64,000 bases of DNA, taken from contig JAUCBJ010005260.1 of NCBI GenBank assembly GCA_032718475.1, forward strand, positions 1 to 64,000. Direction: 5' to 3'. A program made the position numbers and the translations under genes. Shown here piece by piece: positions 47,901-60,620 of the stretch (position 1 is its first letter; every line of letters begins with the position of its first letter). The notes below the pieces were generated by a model, which saw only the letters and a program-made list of their open reading frames with translations, made no database searches and was not told the DNA's origin. Source of the stretch: Nemertoderma westbladi. Taxonomy: Eukaryota > Animalia > Xenacoelomorpha.

Positions 47901-48126
47901 TTTTCCTATGGAGGGTAATACAGCCTACCTGATTGCAGCAGCCAACTGAGTGGGGGTAATAAGCCTAAGCTGTAGTCAATGGTTACACAGAGGTAGGACA
48001 AGACATGTGACACAATATTGCTTGCAGAGACGACAAATAATTCCTCTCAAGAAATATATTGGTTTTGTAATATTACGCTGTCAGAGGTCCAAGTTGTAAA
48101 TAATGGATCTGAGGGTGAATACTACT
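44930..48126 (-). mobile_element. Decayed BEL-related element D, copy 2
   Basis: 45709-48126 is near-identical to 5215-7790 with indels; continues into further coiled-coil ORF fragments (44932-45615); left boundary uncertain. Confidence 0.7.
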
Positions 48127-48129
48127 GGT

Positions 48130-50412
48130 ATTTGCAACGAGAGCTGACTCGGCAAAAAAGCACCCCCGAACCCCCCACTATGGATTACATTAGTAATGCG
48201 GAGGTCCGGCCACTAGAGGCCAGTGGAATTACCGGACACAATCGGCCTCACAGGCGTCAGTTATCTCCTGACCGGCTGCTTGTCTCACCCCCTACTGGAG
48301 AGAGAGAAGCCAACAATTCTTTGAGTCCCTTTCCTGATGACCTTTCTGGCCCAAACCCCAGGTCACCAGGGAGGCCAGATTGTGAGGGGGAGAGGGATTC
48401 TGGAGTTTGGGGCTACTCTCATGTTCCACCCCGACCAACAAAGCCATTGGTGAATCTGAGGCAAGTCACTAGACTAGCCTCAGTAAACACCCTAACACTC
48501 GGGTCCCCAATGCGACAAGGTGAGCTGACTACCTTGGCAGATAAGCTTTCACTTAGCGCAGTGGGTGTTCAAGAGCACACTGGATGCAGACTGGACAGAC
48601 TGATGAGGTTCTGATTAAGGACATGGGGGGCGGTTGGCGACTCGTCATCGCGTCAGCAGATGATAGTGGCAATGGTGGTATTGGTCTAATTGATGAATCC
48701 AACTGCACATGCAGCATTGGACAAAATAGACCAAATCTCTAACTGCATCATCCGTTGCCACTTCTCATGTTCTAGAAGACTGGCTAAGAAGTTTCCTAAG
48801 GTTGTTCTGATTGTGTGCTACTCTCCAACTAGTGTTGCCCCTGTAGAGGAGGTGGAAAATTTCTACCACAATCTACAAGCAGCTACTGATGAAGTGGATC
48901 AGCATGCATTCTTAACATTCCTGGGAAACTTTAATTCAAGTCTGCATCAATCACCTACATCGCCCTGGGTCTATAGCAATAGTGTCAACCGAAATTCCGT
49001 CCATCTTCAGGATTTTATCTCTGGAAATTGATTGTTTTCGGCTGGAACCCAGTTCAAGAAGCAAACTGGAAAGCTATGGACTCATAGTGGACCCAGTGGT
49101 CACAAGTCCCAGATAGACCATATTCTGTTTCGTAGGAAGTACAGGAGCTCTATACAAGACTGTAATGAATTTACACTTCGACCCTTCTCCAGTGATCACC
49201 GCCTTATTGTGGCCAAGGTAAGACTTAGTCTGCGTGCTAGCAGAACAACGAAATCTGCCTTGCCGCAGCATGACTGGTCCTCTCTGTTGCAACAGCCAAG
49301 TGTGAAATCCAGCTTCACACTACAGCTGAGCAACAGGTATGAGGTTCTTGCCTCTGAGGTGGCAGATCACTGTGAGGGCTATACTGCCTTCACAGAAGCA
49401 GTTAAGTCAGCAGCTGCAGAAACAGTTCCTGTATACCCTCGAAACAGGAAAAGGACCCCCTGGACTGACAACAAAATCCAGAAGTGCCGAAATGACCTAT
49501 ATAAGGCGCAGAAAGAGTCCCAACTCAAACAGACTACAGCGGCCAAGAATGCAGTTAAGGCTGCATCTAGGTCCCTGAACAGGCAGTACTCTGTTAATCT
49601 ACAGGAGCTAATAAACCAACAGGTTGATGCCATCAATGATGCTGACGACAGCAGGCAATCATCCCAGGCATGGAAATCGATCAACTTGCTTACTGGGCGG
49701 AAAAGCCAACCAACCACCAAGGTTAAGGCTGAATCACCAGCCGATCGCCTCAATGGTTGGAAGGCCCACTTTGAAAAGCTCCTCAATAATGACAGAGTAT
49801 TGCCTGATAACTTTATAGAAGTAAAAGTGTCTGAGTCTGTACTCCCAGATATTCCCATTGGCGATATCTCCTTTGCAGAAGTGAAGGCTGCTGCAAAGAG
49901 CATTAAGACCAATCGTGCCAGTGGAGTAAATGGTGTTCCCCCTGAGGTCTTTAAAATACCTGAGTGTTTAAAGCTCATCTATCCCATCATAGTAGACATG
50001 TACCGTACAACAAGAGTCCCACAAGAAATGAAAACAAATAAGTTGGTGCCAGTTCCCAAGAAGGGCAACCTAACACTCTATGGTTCTTTTCGGGAAATCT
50101 CATTGATCTCGATTTCTGCAAAGCTATACAATAGAATTCTATTAAATCGCATCAGGGATCCCATTGAGAGACTGCTCCGTGGAAATCAGAATGGGTTCCG
50201 TAAAGGTCGTGGGACCATGGAGCCCATTTTGGCACTTAGAAGGATAATTGAAGAGTTATCAAAAAAGAAAGACAGGCATCTGGCTGTTATCTTTGTTGAC
50301 TTCTTCAAGGCCTTTGATTCAGTCTCTCGCTCACGTATGTTCAGCATACTTTCATTATATGGGATTCCTGATGAAATTATTGCAGCAATCAGATCAGTAT
50401 ACGATGGAGTAC
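48130..50412 (+). mobile_element. RTE-like LINE (APE endonuclease and RT N-half), disrupted and 3'-truncated by a Gypsy LTR
   Basis: RLASVNTLTL...VGVQEH, CYSPT, IDHILF, SDHRLI; PVPKKGNL, QNGFRKGRGT, FVDFFKAFDSV; contains a frameshift and a stop. Confidence 0.88.
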
Positions 50413-51041
50413 TGTCAGAATCACTGGCTCCTCAGCTCATTAGAACATGCTGCTTCTAGTGTTGGTCTTTTTATTAACTCCAGCGCCAGAGTGGAAGTGT
50501 ATCTGAGGCGGTATAAAACGATATATATATAGTTCTGTTACATAGGCTTACTATATACTGATATATATGATTCAAGCAAGGGCATATCAGTTCACAACAC
50601 AACGATAAGAATATATAGATATATATGTATATATATAACACAAAGCAGGTAAAGTGTACCGGTACGTCAGTATATAGGTAGGGCAATGTATTGGCGGACG
50701 CCCGGCCAGGTAGGTAGGCTGGGTAGGCAGGTAATGAATACGTAGCGATACCGGTTGGTAGATACTGGCTAGATACTGGTACTACACGGCCAGGTAGATA
50801 GGCCGGGTTGCCGGGGAGACTGTCAGCGCGAGGTACGGTATCTGTACCTGACAGCCCGACGAGTACCGGCACTACTGTACTGCTGGAAGTGCAGACAGGC
50901 AGATAGCTGGACAGAATGGAGTCGGATACAGAGTCCTTTATCTCTAAGCCAGAATGAATAAGCATCCCGACTACTGACCGGTTCATCCTTCACCCCATAT
51001 ATCCACAGGCCATGCTAGACACCCATAGGGGGTCTGTCGCA
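50413..51041 (-). repeat. 3' LTR of the minus-strand Gypsy element
   Basis: TG...CA ends, begins where LINE homology stops; adjacent minus-strand polypurine tract (plus-strand tctctttctttccc, 51043-51056). Partner LTR not in the window. Confidence 0.65.
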
Positions 51042-51061
51042 ATCTCTTTCTTTCCCTTTAT

Positions 51062-51270
51062 AGTCTGTAAATGTATCACCATACGCATTCTACGAAATGG
51101 ATATTATATCTATTATATCAATCTTTCAGTTTTCAAGGTGAGATACAATATATAACAAACAAAACGACAGTCTGTAAATGTATCACCATACGCATTCTAC
51201 AAAATGGATATTATATCTATTATATCAATCTTTCAGTTTCCAAGGTGAGACACAATAATATAAAAAACAA
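51062..51270. repeat. ~107-bp tandem duplication in the Gypsy 3' UTR
   Basis: agtctgtaaatgtatcaccatacgcattctac... occurs twice. Confidence 0.85.
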
Positions 51271-51381
51271 ACGTTGACTATACGGCCGGCTTCATGCAGA
51301 GAGTTATATACTTCGCGTGTTAGTTTAGAAAGATACAAAAGGGCCTTCAGGTACACAATTAACCGCTGGTGCATTAGTGTC

Positions 51382-53907
51382 CTAGTAGCCATAATAATCC
51401 GGTGGTTTACGCTGTCGCTGGGGTCGAGTCACAGCCTCTGGTGTATTTGGCAGATCTGCCTGTTTACTTGGGCTGATTAACAGAGGATCACCATAATTAC
51501 GAATGGGCACTGTGGGTTCTGGTACTGGCTCATCAACATGGGTCATGTTCTGGGTTGGTGACTTGGAAGGTGGAACCTCTACAGTGATGCCTGGACTGAG
51601 TTCAACCTCATCATCGGATGAATGTGTAGCATGGTTATAGGCATGCTCGTGTGGGACACGATGTGGGACAAGGACGCACTCCGTAAGTGGCACGCGGTAG
51701 GCTTGTGCCCATAATTGAGAACCAGTAAACTTTCGCACACTAAGCCAATCAATGTCTGCGGTAGACACGATATAACATGGGCGAGTATGTAGGTTAGGAG
51801 GGTCTCTGTACAAATATACAAGGTCACCAACAGAAATTGGTGGAGATTGATTTGGTTTCTTAGGACGAGGCACCTTAGATTGTGCACTGGACAAGTGGTT
51901 TGCCAAGCGTGACTGGTGTTGATTGGCGATTAACTGGCTGTCGACAATCGGAAGTTGCTCACCAGTGTATTGGTCTCATTGATGGAACATTTCACGTGCA
52001 GATATGCCAGGAGACCTGATACGGGCATTTAAACGGGATACAGCTAGGGCGATAGACACGGCTGAATAGGGTCCACCGGATGGGTGGAGCTTTACAAGTT
52101 CTTCTTCTAACTCACGGATGGCATGCTCAGCCACTGGGTTTTTATTGATGTTTTTCGGTCTCCCTAATTCAATGCGTAAATTATGGGATGTGAGTACATT
52201 TTCGTTTACATGGGCTCTAAATCCTGGTGCTGGATCAGTCCGAATAATCGTATGTGGGGCAGCTAAAGGACATAACCCGACACATAAAGCAAGGAGAGCA
52301 TTGCGTATTGTAGTGTGACGTTCGTCGGGTATAATAGATGCTGTCGTATAGGATGAAATAGTTTCTTGTACAATTAGTATCAATTGGCGGTGACGCTTGA
52401 TAATGTCAGCAGCGAGAGAGATGCCTATGACAGCAGGAGGATCCTCAGATGTCTGTGGCAAAATACGAGGTGGGGCCGATTGAAGGGCAGTTCATTGGGT
52501 ACAGCCAGTGGTAGTTGCCTCTATGGCACGGTCCATGTCAAGGGCGTGGAAATAACGCATTACTGACAGTCGGAGTTGTGACTTAGATGGGTGTCCTAAC
52601 TCAAGGTGCAAAGACATGATTAGGCCGGCTAAAGCATGACGTGGGACAATAATGAGTTCCCGGGGGGCAGAGAAGTCAATGGAGCGGCGAACAACAAGTA
52701 AGCCATCAGAAGCAATAGTTGCACAACCCAAATAGCGCTTAATATCGTGGATTGTCGTCTCTTTCTTGGATGGACGGGTTCCCTGTGACAGGTGCGCCTT
52801 TGTACGGCGGAGGTTGGTGCACTCCTGTTGCATGAGCAACCATGTAGAACGAGTTGTATATAATGGTCGTGGATTCTGTTTCTCGGTTGGGGTATCAGTC
52901 GACATTATTGCACGTACAACAGGTTCATTAGACAAATCAACAACAAAGTTGCAAATCTGGCAGCAACAGTCAGTGCAAGTAGGCGCATTTCGGCTCTGGA
53001 AATCGGCAGGTAAGTTGCGGGAACCTGTAATATGGACAACGGTGAGATGGTGCTGACTGAGGGTAGACAAGAATGTCGTGAGACGAGGGCTAGCAGAGTA
53101 GGCTCCACGAACCAACTTGGCATATGCCTCCACACACGGCTTACTATCCGTTACCACATGTGATAATGTTAAAGACTGGGTCAGGTAAGGTGCAAAGTGG
53201 TGAACAGAGGATGCAATGACGAGTGCCTCTAACTCACATGGAAGCCAGATATGCTGGTGGACTCATAGTTTGGCTGAATAAAACCCACCCAGAAGAAGAC
53301 GCGAGCCACGGCGAGCATATAATACTGCTCCAAGACCGTCAGTGCTAGATGCTGCGTCGGTCACGATAAAGATTTCGTCACTGGGATGAGGGATGGTGAT
53401 GGTGCGGCAATTTTTCAATGATGCCTGGGCACATCGAAAGGCTGCAGACGTGGATTCAGTCCATGCCACAGGGTCAAGTGGTTGGCCATAAACGAGTTCG
53501 TCAAGTGGAACGATGAGTGCAGAACATCGAGGGAGTACCTTGGAAAGAACCTTATATGAGCCTATGAAGGATCGTAATGAGCGGATGTTGTCAGGTGCTT
53601 CACATGTCGCAAGGGTTGAAACTATGTGAGGGGATGCAGAGAGTGCTCCTTGGGTCCAACACCAACCAAGTATGGTTGTAGAGTTGGGACAAATGACGGT
53701 TTTATGAGGTGCTAGACGGAGGTTACATCGATCCAGGGCAGCGAGCATGGCAGCGAAGTTTACTGCTAATTCAGCAACTGACTCTCCCCCACAGTAGATG
53801 TCATCTGCGATTTTGGTAATGACCCCTTCCTTCAAGAGATCACTAAAAACTCGGCACTTCTAATGCGGTCTCAGACCCCGGCATGCCCATGGCACATCGG
53901 TTGTATA
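51382..53907 (-). pseudogene. pol: Gypsy-like pol remnant (RT C-half, RNase H, integrase)
   Basis: AMGMPGSETAL, KIADDIY, LRSFIG, IVTDAAS, VTDSKP, PADFQSR, HLELGHPS, RTDPAPGF, KNPVAE; several stops and frameshifts. Confidence 0.88.
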
Positions 53908-54984
53908 AGTAGTATAAGAAGCTATGACACTGCGCCATGGTCACCCGTAGCCCATCATTACCATCCATTTCTACTCCTTCCTCCAATCAGAAGCCACCAT
54001 TTCAACCATTAGCTGTGGTCATTATTATTTCAACCAATCAGATGTCAGCATTTCATCCGTAATCATGGTAACTTCTCAAGTTCCCGCTTATTCCGCTAGA
54101 GGCGTTATTAGCCACCCATCGCTACTCCTTCCTCCAATCACCAACCTTTATTTTACAGGTGTTCGGGTGTCTACACTTAGCATCAGGTAACTTCTACTAT
54201 TTTTCAAATCGCTATTTTTCACCAACCATTGCATAATCATCTTCACATAGCCTAACCTCACGATGCAAGGCTAGCCCCCAACCTATCGCTACTCCTTCCT
54301 CCAATCACCAACCTTTATTTTACAGGTGATCGGGTGTCTACACTTAGCATCAGGTAACTTCTACTATTTTTCAAATCGCAATTTTTCACCAACCTTTATT
54401 TTACAGACGCTAGAGGTGTCTACAGGTAACTTCTACTATTTTTCACCAGTAACTAAATTTAATTTTGCAATTTTTCAGATAACAAAATATTCAACAGGGT
54501 TCGAACTCGGGACCATTATAACTCCCCACATTTCTCCACTCACTCTCCCATCCAACCACAAGAGAAAAAGGCGATAAATATCCGAGTTATACCATACCCA
54601 ATTCATCAACACTGGTAGCTGATGTTTATAAATAGCTTCTAGTTCCTTATCATAATTACTATAGCATAGAATACATTAATTCGACTATTAATAATAATCG
54701 ATTTCTTTTATCGATGTGACTGCTCGGACAACTAAGTTGAATAAGTTAGAATGACAGGGCTAGCATTGATCACGTTGCATCTGTTACATGTTACTGCTAT
54801 TTCACTCTCTAACTCACGCTAATGTAATAAATTTAGCTGTACACGTTGCATCTGTTACACGAAGCTACTATATTCCTCACTGTAAGTCACTATGTTGTAT
54901 TAAAGCAACCATATAAACAGAAGTTTTATATTTTAATAATCATTTATTTAGTTTTTATTTTTCAAAATAGTTGTCATTCTAATT

Positions 54985-56028
54985 ATGGATTTATTTAAAA
55001 AAACTTCAAGCAATACTTGGAAATTTACATGTAATAAATATACCTGTAGTATTGTTTATGGCAAGTACTTTATATTACACTCAAGCGATAGCAATGTAAC
55101 AACGTGCTTCTCTTACCTGGATACACTCTATCTTCTAGACGTCTTAGAAATATTAATCAACCGACAAAAGGAATCACCAGTTTCAAGAGGTAATATTTAT
55201 CCTAATATAGAATTTACAAGAGGAAAGTTAAATATTTCCACCTGTGTTATTACTGAAAACGTATATATTCAGAAGCAAGGCAAATGTCAAATTCTAAACA
55301 AATCACTCATTAATTTATTGCTTCAGAGTAAGACAGAAATATTAGAATTGTTATCACCACCACTCGAAATAATAAATCAGTGTTCTGTTGTTAATTTAAC
55401 CAACCCATCTTTTGTTGGTTTTGTAAGCAAATATAAAGGAACGACTTATATGGGACTATGGGAGATTTCAGCTAGATATTCTGATGCTATTGGTCTTAGG
55501 TATTATAATGGGTTTAACTTAACAGCATCGGAAGTAAATTCATTGTGGTATGAATGGAATTATGAAATTAGTAACGAAGGTGTCTTTTCAGAGCTAGATA
55601 CGGGCGATAAAGCTTTATCTGACCTACTTAAAGTAAAAATAAATGTACAAGAAAAAAAAGTAATTATTACAAACAAGGAAAACAAATATTTACAGTTACA
55701 TTACGATAAAGACATACCACATATAGAGTTTCTCTACGATATGATGTTAAAGGTTTCATCAACTGATATAGCAGACGGTTTCGCGATTCTATATCAACCA
55801 ACTTGGAAGTTTAAGGTTAATAAGTCATTTCCAGAAGTAGTTTCATCCACATTTAATCCAAAGACATACATCGAAGAGACATCGAGTGATAGAAAGCGCA
55901 GATCTACATCTCAAACATCTTCCATTCCCAACAATGATTCTATACCTACAAAGAAAATAAAAGTTACAAAAGCAAGTGAAGAGGTAGCAGATTACAATAA
56001 GGAACATATAAAAACAGTATCAGATTGA
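54985..56028 (+). CDS. Polinton-associated protein with PC4-like ssDNA-binding motif
   Basis: FVSKYKGTTYMGLWE...GFNLTASEVNSL resembles the PC4 pattern V..fkG..y..ir...GisLt..e...L. Confidence 0.5.
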   Translation: MDLFKKTSSNTWKFTCNKYTCSIVYGKYFILHSSDSNVTTCFSYLDTLYLLDVLEILINRQKESPVSRGNIYPNIEFTRGKLNISTCVITENVYIQKQGKCQILNKSLINLLLQSKTEILELLSPPLEIINQCSVVNLTNPSFVGFVSKYKGTTYMGLWEISARYSDAIGLRYYNGFNLTASEVNSLWYEWNYEISNEGVFSELDTGDKALSDLLKVKINVQEKKVIITNKENKYLQLHYDKDIPHIEFLYDMMLKVSSTDIADGFAILYQPTWKFKVNKSFPEVVSSTFNPKTYIEETSSDRKRRSTSQTSSIPNNDSIPTKKIKVTKASEEVADYNKEHIKTVSD

Positions 56029-56568
56029 TTTATTATTAACTAGAGACTTTTCTTTTTCAGTTTCACATTGACTTGTAAAGGTAACTTTTTATCACAAAGC
56101 GTGATTATTATAAAGTATTTACATGTAAAGGTGACTTTATTGAGTAAATATTGGTGATAGTTTATATTTAGGTATAAAACATTCGTATGTAAATGCGTGA
56201 GTTTACACCACCTTAATAAAACATTAGCATGTAAAACCTACTTTATCAATGAAAATTAAAAACGCATTATGCACATCTTGACAGACTTGATTTTATTATA
56301 AAGAATTCAGTTGTAAAAGCAACTTTATTTATGATATTAGTTCCCAATGTAACTGTTATTTATGATTGGTTGGTATAAATAGAAACTTGAAATATACATA
56401 TAAAGAGCTCAACTGATTCAATCGAGCTCATTCTGAAAATATTAAATTAATTAAAGTTTAGATATTATATTTTATTTGTGTTGAGTAGCTTATGAATTTT
56501 TTTTGATTAAATATATATATATAACAATATTCATATTAATTTTAAATTGTTTTTAGGATAATAAAGAG

Positions 56569-59500
56569 ATGGATAAACAATTGAAATGTCCATTTTGTCC
56601 TCTTCAAATTTCTAAACATAACTATTTATCTCATCTAAAGTCGCATTTCCATGGTTATTCTTGTTTTAAGTGTCACGTTTTTACACCTAAAGAAGAAATT
56701 TGTAAACGACATGAATCAACTACGGGATGCAAAGAAATGAAGTTTTGCGTGTATGAAAAAACTTGCCCTACTTGTAATAAAGAGTATTTATATGAGAATT
56801 ATTTACGTCACGACTGTCACCAACATTATTATCATGTTAGACCACCACGATGGAACCAAAACAATACTGTCGCATCTAGAAAAAGACTGAAATCTGGTCA
56901 AGGTCCATCAATTTTTAGCATCGAACGAGCCGCACACAATAACCGTTTAGAAATCTATGTTTACAATCTTCCGAATGATGAAGATTTTCCTGATATTCAT
57001 GCGTCGATACTAAAAATTCTGCCACACATTAAAAACTTATTATTAGGAAAACTTAGCGAAATGAATGTACTTAGACCCTGGCTAGGTGTTAATATACTCA
57101 TGTATCGATCACATTTTTCAGAGGGAGACCAAGAAGAAACTTTCTATTTTAGTTCTTCAGGTGGTGCAGTTAATACCGTAGATTCACATGAAAGTTTTGA
57201 CACATGGTTTGAGTATGTACTAGAAAAATTAATGCAAAAAATAGCCATATTTAACACTCGTGGCTCAGGATGGCGTGTTAAATCTTTATTAAGAGTGGAA
57301 ATTAAAGTAGCTGAATCTAAGTGTAGGTCAGTGGAATATAAAGGTCACGGTTATATGGAGTTACCTAAGGCTCTATCAGTTAAAAAATGTGTTATAAATA
57401 TACAAACGGCTGATAATGACTGTTTCAAATGGGCTATTATAGCCACAAAATTTAGTAGCAAAGTGAAAGATCACAAAAACCGTACTTCATCGTACAAAAA
57501 TTATATGAATCATTTTATTTTTGACAACGGGAACAAAGATTATCCAACAGAATGGCTGCTTGCAATTAAACTTTTTGAAAAACAGAATTCAGCATATATA
57601 ATTAATTTATTACTCTACGACAACAATCGAGTATCTATATTAAGACAGGCACCATTTAGTAAAATCACTCCAGATAAAGAGTTATTGAATATATTACTTG
57701 TAAAAAATAAGAATAAATCAAAACAATCACATTATGTTTGCATAACTAACTTAAATCATTTGTTGAATACAAGAGGTAAGCATATTGGATGTAGGAAATA
57801 TTGTGAACGGTGTTTGTCGCATTTCTACAGCAAGGATGTTCTAGAACGTCACCGTCTTGCTTGTTATCGAGGAAAAAGTCAAGTTGAGAAGCTACCATCT
57901 GAAAAAAGAACTCACATTAGCTTTAGAAATTTAGACAGAACATTACCAGCATTGTTTGTAATATATTTTGACATAGAATCTATTTTGGAGCCATCCAGCA
58001 ACAGTAAATTTATTCAGAATCATATTCCATGCGCTGTAAGTTATTTAATTGTCCCTAGTACCGAATTAATCAATCCACCAAAATTTTATTTGAAGACCTT
58101 TACAAAAACAATCGACAACAACTGTATTCAAGACTTTTTAGACTCTGTATATAATGACATCACCCAATTATATAAGTGGTCAGAAGACCACACACACGAA
58201 ATAATGATACTTAATGATGTAGATAAGTTAAGTTTTTGGAAAGCTAAAACTTGCTTTTATTGCAATGTTTTATTTAAGGATAAATCTGAGAAAAACAAAC
58301 ATCACTCACATATTACTGGTAACTATATAGCGGCCGCTTGTAACGCATGTAACCGCTCTTTATCGTTGAAACGACACATGTATATACTCGCTGCACACAA
58401 CTGCAATCACTATGATTTGCATTTTCTTTTACAAGTTGGTTTTACCAACAATAAATATTCCGATTGGGATATAAAAGTGATCCCTAAAAATTCTGAAAGG
58501 TATATTTCACTAAGCATGCATATACCGGTGAAAGACTCAAAAACAAAGATTGAGCTACGTGTCTTAGACACATATCAATTTTTATCCTTTTCCCTAAGTA
58601 CTTTAGTTGATTGTTCAACAAAGGATATAGACAGCGAGGATATAACATCAGTTCTACCAATTACTGAACAGCAAATGAAATATTTTTATCCGAATTTAAA
58701 TAATGCAACAATTAAACGAAAAGGTATATTTCCCTACGAGTATCTGACAGATTTAAATAAATTCAATGATTCGAAATTACCATCAATAGACAAATTTTAT
58801 AGTAAATTAACACAAAATACCTGTACTCCCGAGGAATATAGTTTTGCCAACGCATCATGGAGTCAGTTTGAGTGTACAAATCTCAAGGATTATCTTTTAG
58901 CATACTTAAAACTCGATGTTTGTCTCCTCGCTGATATATTTGAGAACTTTAGGAGAGTATGTAGACAAAACTACGAATTAGAAGTAGTTTATTATTGCAG
59001 TATCGCAGCTTTCACTTATGATTGCGCTCTGAAATACAATAAATGTAAGTTAGCATTAATAAAAGATTACCAAACATATAGAGATTTTGAAGCATCTATT
59101 AGAGGAGGGGTTTCATTCTGTCGAAAGCATTACATAGAATCAAATATACCAGATAGTGATAATTATGATCCAAGCAAGGAAGAGTGTCATATTTTCAATA
59201 TAGATTTTAATTCCTTGTATTCGGGTAATTTAAGTAAAAAGCTACCTGTTTCAGGTTTTGAACAAGTCAACGTTACATATTTAGAGAATGCCGCTCCAGA
59301 AGAACTAATAAACTATTTAACAAATCTTGATACTGAAGGGGATATTGGGTTTTTCTTAATTTGCGATTTGAAATATCCCAAAGATATTCATGATCGTACA
59401 TTAGAACTACCCTTAGCCCCAGAACATTTAAGTATAAATGAGACAATGCTTTCACCATATATGAGGGAACAATATAATCATGTATGTAAACAAAGAGGTA

Positions 59501-60584
59501 CTAATAGCAAGTATAAGATGTGTGCTCCAAAACTTATGCTGACACAATTCGATAAAGAATTCTATCATGTAAATTTGAAACTATTAAAATTTTATATAAA
59601 ACAAGGTTTAATTGTTACTAAACTACATAAATTGTATTCTTTCCATCAAGACTTTGTATTTAAACCCTATATAGATTTTAATATTAATCAAAGGCGAGTA
59701 GCAAAAAGTTACATTGAAACAGCTGTTGCAAAGCTTCTAAATAATTCATTATTTGGAAAAACAATAGAGAAGATAAGAGATCGATGTAACTTTCGTATCG
59801 CTAATAGCAATGAGAAATGTGATTTATTGGTAAAACGTATAAATCACGAAAATTTCATGATTTATAACGATTCCTTATCGGGTCACTTATTAGTAAAAGA
59901 CTCTGTAACTCTCGATAAGCCGGTCTATATAGGTAGTACTGTGTTGGACTTGGCTAAATTGGATATGTATGAGTTGACTATAATAAATTACTACCTATTG
60001 AGAAAGAATTAAACTGTCGTATTGAAATTGTAGCATCAGATACGGACTCTTTAATAGGTTGTTACTATAATACATCGCAGAATAATTTTTTAAAAGCATT
60101 AATTAAAAATAATATTCTAGATACATCCAATTACCCCAAGGATCACCCTCTCTACAGCGATAAAAATAAATCCAGGCTCTATTACTGTAAAGACGAGTTG
60201 TGCTCGAGAGAGATTAAACAAGCAGTATTTTTAAGACCAAAATTATATTCAATTTTGGAATGGAATGAATCAAATATACGACGGGCGAAAGGAATAACAA
60301 GAGCTGTCGTGGATAAAAATATTTGCCACGAAGATTATTTAAGAGCATATAACTCAAACGAGGAAATTTCCAAGGAAACGCATCAATTTCAGAGCCAATT
60401 ACACAAAATGTACACTGTAGCACGAGATAAGTTTGCTCTCAGTGCATTTGACGATAAACTTTATTGGGTTAATAAAAATCATTCACTTCCCTGGGGTCAC
60501 TATCAAACAAAGGTTGAAAAACCGATAAAGAAAAACAATATACCTATTTATCGGGAACCAAACAATGAACTATCAGATAGTTAA
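56569..60584 (+). pseudogene. polB: Protein-primed DNA polymerase B (Polinton type), one frameshift near 59975
   Basis: N-terminal Zn fingers, GSGW, ExoI YFDIES, HNH/EndoVII-like CFYC...HSHITG...CNACN, ExoII HNCNHYD, KGIFPYEY, ExoIII YLKLDV, DFNSLY, KLLNNSLFGK; SDTDS at about 60036-60050 lies in the frame of ORF 60198-60584. Confidence 0.9.
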
Positions 60585-60620
60585 TAAGAATGTAAGTTGC
60601 CAGCAAGTGTCAGCGATTAA

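Larger units (their letters stand above)
53908..60616 (+). mobile_element. Polinton/Maverick-like element, left arm
   Basis: Starts AGTAGT where Gypsy RT is cut; subterminal internal repeats 53970-54450; AT-rich; PC4-like ORF and pPolB. Right end not identified. Confidence 0.75.
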
